DNA of 64,000 nt from Podarcis cretensis. Its lineage: Eukaryota. The stretch is taken from the NCBI GenBank assembly GCA_951804945.1, contig OX638156.1, forward strand, positions 37,758,001 to 37,822,000, read 5' to 3'. Positions 49,770-63,224 of this stretch are shown here, piece after piece; within the stretch, counting starts at the first letter, position 1; each line of letters opens with the position of its first letter. Both the position numbers and the translations under genes were made by a program. The notes beneath the pieces were generated by a model, which saw only the letters and a program-made list of their open reading frames with translations, made no database searches and was not told the DNA's origin.

Positions 49770-52700
49770 GTAAGTATATTTCTGTTTCTGCACTTCCTTT
49801 TAAAAAACAAATCCACAGAACTTCATTTGAAATGTTAAAGCCAATAGGAAGTTTTAACAGTTAGGAGAAGATAGTTTTTTTTTAATGGTCTTTGCTTTTG
49901 TGGACTTGAGCCTAGGTGATAGAATAGGCTCTCTAGTCCACAAAAGCTTATGATGCAATATTTCTGGTACTTTTTAAGGTGGGGACATTGCTTGGTGATA
50001 ATGCTATTTTCTAACTTTATTAATAGTTGGTTTCAGTGTTAATTTTTAAACTACAATCAAGACTGACTCATAAAGATTTTTCTTTCTCATGGATATAGAT
50101 CAGTAATGGATCAATGATAGATCAATACCTTCCAAATATTGTTACACTATAGCTTCCATCATTCCTGGCCAAATCTGTAGGGCCGTAGGTTGCTCACCCC
50201 AGGAATTGATTTCCATCCTCCTTTTTAAAAGTCATCTAAGCTAGTGGCCATCACCACATCTTGAGGTGGTAAATTCCACAAGTTAATGAAGCATTGTGTG
50301 TTGATTAAGTTAAGTGCTGTATATAGAAGTAATTTATTTGTCTGTTACAAATTTCCTGTCAGTTAAGTTCAGTGGATAACCCCAGCTCTTTTATGGACCC
50401 TGACTTTTAATATAATGCCTGAGTCAAGCCAAAGCGATTCTGCTTTTGAATTGCAAAAACAACTATATTCTGATCTGGGGGATTGCTGTTATCCCTTCTG
50501 TATGTGGCTAGATGGCAGCAAGTAGCAACAGTGTCTCCTCCACCAGGCTTGGGTTAGGAACAGCCTCTTCCTTGCTTCCATTAGGACAGGGATGTCCAAC
50601 AGGTTGATCGCGATCTACTGGTAGATCCCCAGGAGGTTTTGGTAGATCCCCAGGAGGTTTTGGTAGATCGCGGTCAATTCCTGGGTCCCTTTGCTTAGCA
50701 TTGGTAAAATAGAATCAAGCCCCGCCCTCCATTGTTGCATGATCTGCAGAACGGAAGACGGAGTTTACTCAGTGAGGCTGTTTGTCTCCCCAGCGATCTG
50801 TTGGTGAGTGGCTGTTTCCCTTTCTCCCTAAAAATGGCCAACAGCTTAGCTTTGAACTCCCCAAAAATGGGGCTTTCCTCCATAAAAAAAGTTCAACAAT
50901 TGAGATCACTGCCATTTTTTAATTCCATGAGTAGATCACAGTCTCTTGGGAGTTGGCCACCCCTGCATTAGAACATCAGCTGTTAGGCACATCACTCTTA
51001 TTCCTACTTAGTGATGAGGGAGAAGAAACTGAAGGATGATGCCTTATCCAAAACCTTGCCTAGTTTCTTCATGGCTAAGGTACAGGTTGAACCCAGTCCA
51101 AGTCTGAGATCAGACTTGACTGAGGCAAGGCAAGGAACTGCTTCTCATCAGGGTGACTGTCCTTGGTTAAATCTTGTCTGCAATGCAGAAGAACGTCACC
51201 ATAAAATAATTCTTTGAGTAACTTGTGTTTGAACAAACAACAGCTTCTCTCTGAATGTAGTGGAATCTGGGGAGGAGGACTCAGTTCAGGTAGAACAAAG
51301 CCATTACTGCAGCAGCTTAGAGACTTAAAGCTATAAGCCAGGAAGTCTCTGGTATGAAATCTCACTTTGACAGCAAATGCACTTAAGATAGCCATAGGCA
51401 AATGGTTCTTTCTCTTAGTTTGAAGTTATTCTCTGCAACAGGGGGGTGATAGTGTACCTCCACTTTACAGGACTGATGAAAACATTACTGAGTAATATGT
51501 GTGCTGGAAGTATTTTGTATGCTCGTGTGCCATAAAGGCACTATGCATTATTCTGTGTGTCCTGGATTGTTAAGTTTATGTGTATTTCACCTTCCATAGT
51601 AACCTGAATGCAACTTGGCTGTCTCTCATTTTAGCTCTTCACCATCGGATGCTGAGTTCGATGCTGTTGTTGGCTATTTAGAAGATATAATAATGGGTAT
51701 GTTTTTCTTAAGGTAGCACTGCTCAAAAGGGACATCTCTTCTTATTGTTATTTGTGAATACACTGGAATATTTTAGAGGAATTGTTCTGATATTATTTTC
51801 AGTTCTGTGTCTGGGATGGATTTTGTCGGCACTGGTTTTTATACAAATACATCATGATCTAGACCAGACCTTCTCCCAACCTGAGATACGAACTATCTAA
51901 AAAGCACTAGGTTGAGGGGAAGTCGATCTAGATGATATTGTTGTTTATGTATTTTGCAAGTCGCTTTGAGGGCTCCTGAGGTGCCAAAGGAAGAGTTAGC
52001 GAACTAATAAATAAATACCCACCACTCTCCTCTTTGTGCAGTGTCGGCACGTGGGAAAGTGTTCAGTGGTTGGCATTTGTGCCTGGCTGAAGGTGGAACT
52101 TGTATTCTTTACCTAGGACATGGAAGCAGAGTTCTCATGTAATTTTTCTTCTTATTCTGCCTGCTTTTCCTTTCTTGCCTCCACCTACTGCGTCAAGTTC
52201 TGAACAAGGTTCCTGCTCCTAAACAGCTGGACCCCATGATGAGAGCTCCTGTTGAGGGCTGGGGATGCACCACAATGTTTTATTGTGGGTCCACACTTGT
52301 TGATAGATACTTGCCTTTCAATGAAACACTCAATAAATCGGTGGTGCCTGAGGTACTGCCCAGTAGGTGGCTTGAAACAACCAAACAATCCCTTTCATGG
52401 AGAAGTGCTTGACAGCCGTGTTGCAATTACAGCGGCAAAATTTATGCCTGATTAATTGATTCTGGATGAAGGATTGGAACTTTGTGTATGCTGACTTCCC
52501 CAGGGAACTGATGTTGCCTCATATGTTCGCTATCCAGCTCTGTTCCCTGGGTGAAACTTGCCAAAAGTCTTTTAATCAGGCTCTGCCTTGTTTGTGTCAG
52601 TGAGAGAAACTCTTCATCCTGCCAGAGGCTTAGCGAGCTAGCAAGATAGAGAAGCTACTGCATGGATTGGGCCTCCGTCAGCTGCAGCTGTGCTGTCGTT

Positions 52701-55700
52701 GCAGCTATGAGGTTCACCATGTACTGGATCCCAAGCTGAGGACAGCACACCAATGAATGTAGTCACTGTCTTTTGACTGAATGCAACTGTGTTGTGATTT
52801 CAGATGATGACTTCCAGCTTATACAAAGGAACTTCATGGACAAATACTACCAAGAGTTTGATGATACGGAGGAAAATAAGCTCATCTACACTCCTATTTT
52901 TAATGAATATGTGAGTGCATATGTCCTGTTTTGATCGTTATCTCTTGCATATGATGGTGGGCTTTGTCTTTTGAACATTTGCCACCCTGTGAAAGAAATT
53001 GGATTCTGTGTGTTTCAGCAGCAAGTGTGACCTGTGGACCATAAGAAAGAGAGAGCAGCCCTGCTTCAGGATGTTGAGGCTTCTCTCACGCCCTCAGAGG
53101 GACCTGAGACCTCAGTGCAGGTGCTGAAGGCTAGCCTTCATCAACCTGGTGCCCCTTCACTGTTTGTTTGTTTGTTTGTTTGTTTGTTTGTTTGTTTGTT
53201 TGTTTTAAACTATAACTCCCAAAAGCCCTGGGCAGCATGGATGTGAGTTGTAGTCCAAAACATCTGGAGGGCACTAAGTTGCTTAAGGGTGCTGCTGGCC
53301 ATCCAGTGTGCTTCTCTGGGCTGTACCATCACTTTGTTCACTGTGCCAGGAAGCTTTTCCTGCTACAAAGTTTGCTCAGTGACTGGAGGGGAGGGGCCCA
53401 GGCTGGTTGCTGTCCTAACATGGCATCTTTTGTAACAGTTTAGCTTCTTGTGAAAGTTTTCATAATTGTTGCAGATTAAAGGGTTGTTAAGGGCACAGCT
53501 GCAAGAGCTGGTTTAAAAGCTGGCAACACTGATTACTGCTGAGGCACATGTGGTTTCTGAAAGATCCTTATGATAGCTTGCAAGTCTCTAGTTGGGTTCT
53601 GAAATTTGGGGGTTATATCCAGTGCTAGTCAGGGTACTCCCATCATTAGTCGTGCTCATTGATTTCAGACGTATAGTAATTTTGGTGGGTCTACCCAGAG
53701 TAAGGACCCATAGTGTTCTTATAACTTAAGGATAATGAACAGAACAAATTACTTCCTCAAGGCAGAGACTCAGCTCTACATATTTTAACTGGTTGTATCC
53801 TGTTGCTACCTGTAACATCTCTCATATTTGGATCCAAAATGTGGTCCAGCCATTGACAGGTCTAGTAAGCTGCACCTGATCTGTCTAGATCAAAACACCT
53901 CTTTGTGAGATGGTAAGCTACAATATTTGCTCCCTGTCATCCTCAGCTGGAAAATAATAATACAGTGCTTCTCACTTCAGATATGCTTAGTTGAAAAATA
54001 CATTGAAGAAAAGCTCTTGGACAGGATTCCTGGTTTCAGCATGTCTGCCTTCACCTTGTCATTACAGTAAGTTGGATCCTTTGCTTTCCATTTCTTTTTC
54101 ATCTTCATTGCATTAACTTGTTCTTAAGGCTCCTTATTGAGTAGGGTTGGGCTTTGAATTTTGAGAGCATCTTCTCTCAGATGTGAATCCACGTATTTTA
54201 AGCTCTGCTGCAGACTCCTTGCCCCAGGGTCTGTCCTTACTCTGAAATGCAGTCATGTGGTCCTCAGAGCAGGGAGCTCTCTATAATGTCAGTACAGCTG
54301 TGAAATAGCATCCCCTAAGAGTGCCCACCAGACCTTACCCCCTTTTTCCCATTTAGATACCATGTAAAACAACAAGAAGACCGCTGTACATCATTCATAT
54401 ATGTCATGCGCTGAGGCCCTAATGTTCATGATATGCACAAATGTAAACAATGGGCTATTAAGTCACTTCCACGAAAAGAGAAGACTGTTCTATGCTTAGC
54501 CAGTGATAACCATACCAGCCTCCTTTGCAGATCAAGGCCCATGCAATCCCATGCCATTTATAGAAACCTTCTTGAAGATTTCATATTGTTGATCATTCCT
54601 GAGGGCTGCATAATGAAAACTGATGTTAAATGGATATTCTGCTGCTTAGCGAGCAGATCCATCCCTTTGTTTAGTAACAGCTTAAAGCCTGTTTGCCCAG
54701 TATTCCCTTGATCACCACCCTTGGGCACACACAGCTGAGGAAAAGCTGTAAATCAGACATCCATGAATACAGTTGGCAGAAGTGGCTGTGATTGCAGCAA
54801 CAGCATTCCCACCCCGCTTCAGATTCTGAAGCTGCAGAAATTTCTGTGGGCTGCTGTCTGTGCTTTTTCAAAGGGGGGGGGGACGATGACAGAAGCACAC
54901 CCCCTGATGCAAGACAGAATAATGATTAAGCTTAAAATCTAAGATGTGTACAACTTTGAACCACATTTTCTTTGGATAATTGCATAATTTTTAATAAATT
55001 AATGGGCTTGTTATTGGTGGTGTTGGTAGTGGTTATTTGCCTTCCTTGGTGGGTGTAGCCCTCATTTCACTTTCTCAGTATATGTATTATGATCAGACAG
55101 GTACTTGCTTGGTGACAGTGTGTGAAGCACCCCTTAGTCCCATTATTTTCAGTACAAATTACTTTGTGCAAGTGGCTAATTTAAAGAGAAAATGCAACTT
55201 TTTTTGATAGGCATTTTCCTCTTTAGCTATTGTAATGCATCTTTTCTCAATGCCTTTTAAAATCTAGAATGTCTTGCTGTTTTAATGATGAATCTAAATC
55301 CTTCACTTACAGGCAGCACAAGGATGAAATTGCAGGGGATATTTTTGACATGCTTCTCACATTTACTGACTTCCTTGCATTTAAAGAAATGTTCCTGGAT
55401 TACAGAGCTGTAAGTACTTCAAAGCTCAGAAAGCGCACACTGAATGGCCAGGCAAGTTGGTTTAATTGGAAGTGACTGTTGGGCATATTGAGCAGAGAGA
55501 GATCACTTTCCCAGTTCTGCTTCCTAAGAGCCTTTTAACTGAGGAAGTGAAAAACTGATTTTGGGGCTTTATGCATGCAAAGTAATTGGGGCTCCTTCCC
55601 AGCTTCTGCATTCTGGGAGTGAGAAAGAGAACCTCAGTTCAGGAAGAGAGGCTTGGCCCTGGTTTTCAGTTTGGCCAAACTATAGCACTCTGGATGGGGC

Positions 55701-56921
55701 AGAGTGGTTTTCAAATGTAACTTAGGGTGGTGGTTCTTTTTTTATCAGTGGGGAAACTGAGACTAAAAGTATTGTGCCCAAAAAGTTGCTCAGTGACAGT
55801 TTGATAAGACATGAATCTTGATAGCTATGCAAATTAACAAAAATGGTGTCTTAAGTTGGTATGGGAGTTCTTTTACGGGTTTTGGGGGGGGTGTCTAAAA
55901 ATGTTTTTAGTGAATCTCAGTGGTTAAATGTGTGTCCACTGCACAAGTTTCGCTCCAGAAATTTTTTTTTGGAAAATACTGGAAACCTGTGGTCCAAAAC
56001 AAGTCAGTTTGATGTAACGCATGTGAAACCCCAAAACCAGTTGCATTTAACAATTCAGAACTGTTATTATTCTGAAATCTTAAACACTGATCTTTTAATA
56101 TTTAGTCTTGATAAGGAGGGTTTGAAATAGCAAAGGGGCCAGTTTCAAAAGGTTGGTTAAGGCAGAAATTTTAAGGGAAAGAATACATTCCAGGCCAGCT
56201 GCAAAAATAATTCTTACTTATTTTGGTAGTGGGGGTGTTCACTGCAGATGCACAGAATCTGAAACCCAACAAGGGAAAACATTGTGTATATTGCTCTAGG
56301 AAAAATGTGTGCATATACACATAATGTGTGTATGTTTATATGGAGATGGTGTGTAAATTTTTATATATGGCTATCTGTGCCCATGGTTCTCATGAGGGTT
56401 TGCAAAGGCCAGAGTGGCAGAGGGCAAGATGGCAAGTGGAGTGCATGGATTACTAAGGTTACTTGGCATGGCAATAGAGGCTAGGTAGCATGGAGTAATG
56501 GTCAAAGGAGGTCTGGCAGCTGTAACAAGGATCAGAACTTGCCCAGATCAGTAGAAACCCTGCCCAGTCTCCTCTGACTTCACCCATGGCTACTGTCAGC
56601 AACCAAAAAGCTCGGGGGGGGGGGATCATTGCTTATTGATGATGAAAGTTACGATTCTCAGTTTCCACAGCAGGTGCCAGATTCCATGTGGAATTTCTTG
56701 CCCACAGCCTTGCAGAAAATAAAAGCCCTGTGTTTCATTACAAACATGCTTCCTTTTCTGGCTGAAAGCCTGCCATTTAGAAATGCCACCAAACTGAAGT
56801 ATTTTTGGCATTTCCATTCTAGGAAAAAGAAGGCCGAGGCCTGGACTTAAGCAGCGGATTCGTGGTGACACCCTTGAGCAAGTCCTCCATGTCGCCTTCC
56901 ACAAACAGTCTACGACACTAG
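49732..56921 (+). CDS. ARL2BP: ADP-ribosylation factor-like 2 binding protein (BART), 6 coding exons, 489 nt, 162 aa
   Basis: join(49732-49769,51635-51696,52804-52910,53981-54066,55313-55409,56823-56921). METLEEENFGVSISSPSDAEFDAVVGYLEDIIMDDDFQLIQRNFMDKYY...AFKEMFLDYRAEKEGRGLDLSSG...LRH*. Confidence 0.96.
50587..50965. mobile_element. hAT MITE
   Basis: TIRs cagggatgtccaac / gttggccacccctg; 8-bp TSD cattagga / cattagaa; internal 21-bp tandem duplication at about 50619-50661. Confidence 0.8.
51635..51696 (+). CDS. ARL2BP: ARL2BP coding exon 2
   Basis: SSPSDAEFDAVVGYLEDIIM. Confidence 0.95.
52804..52910 (+). CDS. ARL2BP: ARL2BP coding exon 3
   Basis: DDFQLIQRNFMDKYYQEFDDTEENKLIYTPIFNEY. Confidence 0.95.
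53161..53204. repeat. (TGTT)n microsatellite
   Basis: Read directly. Confidence 0.95.
53981..54066 (+). CDS. ARL2BP: ARL2BP coding exon 4
   Basis: ICLVEKYIEEKLLDRIPGFSMSAFTLSL. Confidence 0.95.
55313..55409 (+). CDS. ARL2BP: ARL2BP coding exon 5
   Basis: QHKDEIAGDIFDMLLTFTDFLAFKEMFLDYRA. Confidence 0.95.
56823..56921 (+). CDS. ARL2BP: ARL2BP last coding exon
   Basis: EKEGRGLDLSSGFVVTPLSKSSMSPSTNSLRH*; TAG at 56919-56921. Confidence 0.95.
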   Translation, partial: EKEGRGLDLSSGFVVTPLSKSSMSPSTNSLRH

Positions 56922-59581
56922 CTCTTGCCTCCAAAAGAGAGCTGTCTCCACCTGGGGTGCCCTGAATGCAAAAGCCAGCAGAAGAGATTAGTGTGATGCT
57001 GAGGCGTGCAACCCTTATTCCCTCTTGGCAGGCCAATTTTTCGTCTTAGCTGCTCGTTTGAATTGGGCATTTCCACATGATCAGTGACTCCAGCCCTGTC
57101 TTAGCACTTGCATTTGTTGCTGTGCCAGCCAAAGGGGACTTTATGCCATGGAGGTCAGTTAGTGTCATGGTCTGTTTGAGGGCTGCTGATTTCTTGGAAG
57201 GAAAACAAGCACTTCTTCATTGGACAGCAGTGATGGAAAATGAGTGTCAAATGTGGGATGGTTCTAACTGCACAACCTTTTTTGAAGTTCACAACCACAA
57301 CAAATCGGGGAAAACATGTTTAGCGTAGTTCTAAATGCCACATTTTTTACTTTCGACAGTAGCACGTGTGTGTTTGATGTGAATATATATATATTTAGCA
57401 TGAAACTGTTATTTGTCAGTTCTCTAGTAATTGTGAATTTGTATCCTTTCCCATTCAGCAGACTTAGTGGTGTTGCTCTTGTAAGGCCCCCACTTCAGCT
57501 GCAAAAGGAACCAGAAAACTTGGGATTTCCAAAGTAACCTCTCTCCTAAGAAAAAATCACACCCTGTTTCATTACTACCAGCAGTATGTGCTCTAGCACG
57601 GACAAAGCTTTCTGCAATGTCTTCGTGGGGGATGGGGACTGTAAACCCAAATCCAAACTTGTATGGCTTTCAAGGAACTTTGGGAATTACAGTTCTGTGA
57701 GGTGCTGCAGTTCTTTAAAAACAAAAACAAAAGAGCTAAAGTTCCCCAGGTTCTGCAATATTAATTAGTTAAGCTGGTTTTAACTATAATGACTTCCCTC
57801 ACAGCGAAGCTCAGGAAATGGTCTGAGAAGTCTAGGACTGACTCTACCAGGTGTTTTTTTATCACAGCCCCCCACCCCCAAAATAAAATTACCAAGCTTC
57901 TTTCAGGAAAGCAATGACAGTTAAACTCTCTTTTAAAGTGGAGTGAATGTGTCCCGAGTGGCTTGATTATACCTGCAAGCTTTGGGATTTCATCAGTGTT
58001 GTGTTTTACCAAGGTTCAAAAAAGAAAATAGCATGGATAACATTGCCTGAGCCGTTGTCTGTCTGCATCTTTGCTAGACACCTGGGAAGCCTCATGTGTG
58101 GTTCATGCTGATGGTTTCCTTCCTCCATCCTGGCTTAGTCACATCAGCTAGTATGTGCCAGTAGTGTTGGATCTGCTCTGCTTGCCCCAACCACATCTCT
58201 GTTTCTGCCTTACTTCCACATGGATCTGTGGAACTCTTGCTGAGAAAGGTGTAGCTGCTGTTGCCATCTTGACTTGTGGAGGACTAGGCAACAGGAGCAG
58301 GGAATTCAAAACCCAAAAATTCCAGTTGTTCCCACTTTCCATACATTGTCCGCCTTTACTCTTGGTTGGTAATTCAGTGCTCAAGGACTTGGATGTACCA
58401 TCCATGTGCTGCTGTCACTCTGAGGCTTCTTCCAAAGTCACATAATGGAAGAAAGGCCAGGATGACTGGCTGAGCCCTGGAAATTTACTATTGGAGCCTT
58501 TCAGGCTTCAAATCCTTTTTGTCCAAGCAGGGGTAAGTGATTCTTGTAATGAGGCTGATCACAAACATCTTACATGTTTCAGTTTTGGGTGACATATGGC
58601 ACAGCACAGTACTTGCTTAGCTAAATCTTGGGAGATTGAGAAGGGGGTAACATGGTATCTTTACATCAGCAAACTTTTGCTTTCACAGTGTTTTCTTTTA
58701 CATATGTTTCCCTTTCAGGGTTGTGTTCTGTAATGTGTTTAGGCTGTACACTGATCTGAAACTTGATTGGCAAGATCCAGAAGCAAAATCTGCATTGTAA
58801 AGGATGTTTTTTGTAACTTGTTTTGGTAAGGTCCCATGTGTGTAAACAAGGAATACTCTTATCCCCATACTTTGAAGGTAATGCTCTGTTGGTATTTGAA
58901 ATGTGCAAGAAGTGCATTTACAAACAGTCACGGCAAGGCATATTGACAATATTAATGACAGTATTTATCTTGGTGCAGTTTGCTTTTAAAAGTCCAGTCT
59001 TGGTCAGCAAATGGGTAACACGGACTGGAATGCAGGATCAGATTCAAAGTTGGAAGTTTCTTGTTTCTCTCTTGCCATTTCAAAGACATTGTCTTTCAGT
59101 GCCCAATTTGTCAGAACTATGAGGAGAGACAAAAGTAAATGAATCTTCATTTTCTAATCTCACCCAAAACCGCTGAGGTACATGGGATTGATTTTTTGGT
59201 AAGGCTGAATGGAATTTTAGAAGATGTCATTACAGTATTGGATAGTCTAAGAAATCCTTGGAGGAGGGCTCTGAAGGAAATGTGTGCAATCGCTGGAGGA
59301 ACACCTTCCATCAAGAGCTTCTCTTGGCATTTTTCAATGGTGTGTTAACAGTTTGCCTGCTTCCTGTTGAAGTTCACTTCATACCAAGAATCAATTTGTG
59401 TGCTGTTGGCAAACTAAGACTATATTGTTTTGTGTTTGATTAAACAACCAAGTAAATGATTATTCTCTCTGGGTATGTAAATCTGGGACACTGGGAGAAG
59501 CAAGTATGCGATACTATTTACTGGAGCAGAAATAAGGCCAATAATGTAACATTTAATTACCCTTAGCAAAATTGCACACCT

Positions 59582-59585
<4 letters not shown>

Positions 59586-59613
<28 letters not shown>
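59586..59613. repeat. (TG)n microsatellite
   Basis: Read directly. Confidence 0.95.
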
Positions 59614-59616
<3 letters not shown>

Positions 59617-60501
59617 TATTGTTTAGATTCCAAAATAACTGCACCTTTTGACTGTTCCCCTGGTCACTTTTCAGATAACTGCTCAGTCTTGTCTGTATGC
59701 TGTTGCTTCTGGGTGGAAGGGAGGACAGAGATTTAAGTAGCAGCTACGCTCTCATTTTTTAAATAAAACCTATCTACCCAACCATAAAAACAAAGGCAGA
59801 AGGAATGTTGGTAGGTATAGCTGCAGGAGAGAGCAAAACTGTCCATGGTGAAATGCCCCTTTCTCCGCAGCTATCAAAGGTGCAGTCATCCTGTCCCTTC
59901 TTTGCTTCCAGTAGACATTGGAAATGGCCCTTGTCATTGTCTTAAAGGGTAAGGTAGAGGGAGGAGAAGCAAGAGGGCATGATCATAACTCCAAACTCAT
60001 GGAACAGTTAGGGTGATGCCCTGGTGCCTATTGCAGAGCATTGAGAGCTTGCTGTGGAAGTTAAGGAAGCCCAGGCCTAGTTTTCTGGATGGGAGATTGC
60101 CTGGAAAATCCATCAAGGAAGAAAGAAAGAGAGTCTCTAATAGAAGGTGAAAAGCTAGCTGAACCTGGTGTGCTTGGAACTCTTGGTCACAAAGCCCAAC
60201 TCTGCCTTTTGGAATTTCTTCTGGCCCCCACTTCATAAGGACTGGAAACTTTTTTGCTTTTTGCTTAGCCATACAGTGAAAGAGTTTATCAGGCTGCTGT
60301 GCTTGCATAATGCAGTCCAACACAGGACACCCACATGCCTTCCTGAATTGTCTAGACTATATCTGGCAACTAAATAAGTGTTTAACAAGTAAAGACAGGC
60401 AGAGCCATTCCCCGTGGACTTGTACTACTGAAGGAAGCGAATTAGGTGCCTCTCCAAGCAAATTCGGTGCTGGAAAGCCCTCATTTGACAAAGGTGAAAT
60501 A

Positions 60502-60516
60502 TTTATTTACTTTATT
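60502..60516 (-). terminator. Candidate PLLP polyadenylation signals
   Basis: Two minus-strand AATAAA (plus-strand tttatt at 60502-60507 and 60511-60516), about 1 kb after the PLLP stop. Confidence 0.5.
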
Positions 60517-61141
60517 TAAAACAAAACCTTTTTTTAGAAATAAAATACCTGTGGTCTTGTACCAGAAGCATCCTTGCTGCTATGGATTAATAATTATACA
60601 TTATTTACATAATGGCTGAAAGTGGCTGGCATAAAGGGAGGCTGCTGGGTTTGCTTTTTTAGTGGGTTTAGTTTTTGGTGAGACGTGCTGGCTTGGCCGT
60701 CCCTGGAGATGGGCATCCTCTGGGCTGCTTCACAGGAGCGTGTCCATCCCTTGATGACAGTGGGGCTCAGTGGACCATCTTCCCACTTCAGAGCACTTTG
60801 ATGACCCTTTGAACCTGATGCTTGCTCAGTGTAGTCAGTTGACACATTCAGCTGCCGGTCATCAAGTGATGGCAAATACCTGTGTGCACCAGGCTTGTGC
60901 AGTGTCAAATCGCCGGCACAGATCTGACCCTGCAATTTTGAATGGTCACCACATGCAGTGGCCTTTAGCAATAAGATCACATGCAGCCAAGGTACGGAAA
61001 GGCAGGTTCCCCCTTAATTTCAACCACTTGATTTCTGTTTGTACAGGGCAGTCCCTGCAGAAGCATTGGGTCAAAAGTGGCATAAAATGCTGAGATTACT
61101 AAATGGGGTGTTACCTGTGCTGACTCACTGCAAGCCACAAG

Positions 61142-61143
<2 letters not shown>

Positions 61144-61217
<74 letters not shown>
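61144..61217. repeat. Compound (GT)n(GA)n microsatellite in the PLLP 3'UTR region
   Basis: Read directly. Confidence 0.95.
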
Positions 61218-61219
<2 letters not shown>

Positions 61220-61515
61220 CAGCCCTTGGGTTGTCTCTTGCTGGCTTTGCTCCATTGATTCAGCTGGCCCTTGACCAGTCTGAGGATAATAATTAGTGCA
61301 AAGTATGGGGTGGGATGCTTTAACCAGCTATAGATGGCGTTAGAAACACATACAGCATACTTGGCAAAGGCCATGCTAAAGCTGGGACTGGGAATAGCAT
61401 TCAGAGTACTAGGTCTGGAAGGGAAAGGGGCAGAGGGAAGACACCAAACACCCAAAGGCCCCAGTAGCCACTGTCACCCAGTCAAGTTGTGTTGATTAAA
61501 AATGGCCCACAGTTT

Positions 61516-61635
61516 TCAGGCGTGATTAGAAACGGTTGCTTGGCTGGTTGCTGTGTTACTCCCATATCCCCTCCAGGCTCGAATGCTGAGGCAGGCACTG
61601 ACCCCGTAGCCAATCATCACCAGGCAAGCAAAAAA
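61516..61635 (-). CDS. PLLP: Plasmolipin, last coding exon
   Basis: FFACLVMIGYGVSACLSIRAWRGYGSNTATSQATVSNHA*, matching the PLLP/MARVEL C-terminus; acceptor cttttgcag|. Confidence 0.93.
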   Translation of the reverse strand, partial: FFACLVMIGYGVSACLSIRAWRGYGSNTATSQATVSNHA

Positions 61636-63101
61636 CTGCAAAAGACAGGAGACGGGGGCATTAATGTCCCAGGAGCTTAGGTGAGTAAGCTGTAGGTCCA
61701 TCCTGGGTCCCAAGTCATCGTATGATGATTAGATTGTAAATGTGCAGGCAAAGATTGCAGTGGTGGTTGTTTCTACTGAGTTTATGTAAGCCTCTGGGAG
61801 CCTTTTTGGCTGAAGAGGAATAAAAAAGCTTCAGTAGGAAAATGCTGATGAACCCAACATTTGCTGTGAAGATCCCCACTGCTTGCAGTAGAAACAATAC
61901 ACTTTTCTGCTTAAAATCTCAATTAAAAGTAGCTTGCCTCTTCTGGCAGCTAGAGTAGCAGTTTTAAAGGGAGAGATGGGAACTGGTCTTGTGCACAAAT
62001 CTGCTGGGCATTTATTGGATCATATGGACAAAGGCCAAATGCAGAAGCTGAGTTTCAGCACTGAAGCCTTTCAAAACATCCACTCTGGTGGCTGTTAATA
62101 ACATAAGAAAAAGTAGCTTCCAGCCAAGGACTATGTCAATACTCAGCACAACATTCAAGAACTCCACGGCCTTGAGTTCTTAAAAATAAGAATGAGTAAG
62201 TGAGATGCAAAGAAGGATCTCCCTCTGAGCTGTTAAATCCGTTTAGGACTGAGGTTTTAACATAAATATGTCCATTTCAGCCTGCAGTGGATTTCAGTAA
62301 AAGCACAGTACAAAATGATAACCTGGAAATTGAGGGTGGTGTGCCAGCGTGCCCTTGCCTAGCCAAAACTGGTTAACACAGCATTACACATCACCCGTCA
62401 TGCTGGTGGCTGGCACTGGACTAAGGAGCTGAGTTACTCCAGGGGGGAGGACAGAACACATTATGTAGTTTCAGCTGGATTCCCAGTTACTGAACGTTAC
62501 CTCATTGCTGGCACTGCAAGCTCTGGATGAGTACACAAAATGATGTACTAGCAAGCTAACACCATATATTTACAGATGGCATTGCAGGGGATGGGGGGGG
62601 GCTGAGTACTGTGGGGGCAATTGGGGTCATATAACTATGTAGGCATGGTAAAAGGAAAAGGGGTTGCTCAGAGTCATCTGGAGGCTCCCTTCATATTCTG
62701 ATGGGCAGGGATAGGTGAAGCTGTCAATTTTGGGTTCTCTCAGATTCTCACTTTCCCCCTCATTCAGTTCTCCACATTTTCACACCATTGTGTTCTTTTA
62801 AACAAAAAGTCCTCATGAAAACTCAACATTTTAGTGCAACTTTTCTGTAAGTTACACATTTTTCTATGCGATTCCATCTTTTTGGCAAAGCAGTTTTCCC
62901 TAAAGAAATTTTGTATGTTGTTTTCACCAACGTGTGCACTCTTAGGCACCCTTTACCTTAGCATATGCGTTTCTGTGCACTCAGCTTCGCTGGATTGCGA
63001 AATTCAGCAAACCGCATATTTCAGATGACGGCGTTTCTTCCCCCCTCCCCGCCCCCCGGCAACAAGTGCAACGGGGATGCAAGTGCAAAGGGTTAACTCA
63101 C

Positions 63102-63224
63102 CGAGGCAGAGGCTCTTCTGTTGTAGTCTGGTGAGTGCGGCCAGGAGTACGGCTCAACAGAAGCCGCGCTTGTGATGAAAGCTGTTGCATACAAGACGGA
63201 CGCAGCAACATTGAATACCACTAG
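63102..63224 (-). CDS. PLLP: Plasmolipin, penultimate coding exon; upstream exons lie outside the window
   Basis: LVVFNVAASVLYATAFITSAASVEPYSWPHSPDYNRRASAS; ttcttccag|...|gtgagt; 123 nt, phase 0-0. Confidence 0.93.

Noticed and set aside
56626-57036. 136-aa minus-strand ORF
   Set aside because: Antisense overlap of the ARL2BP last exon with no independent support.
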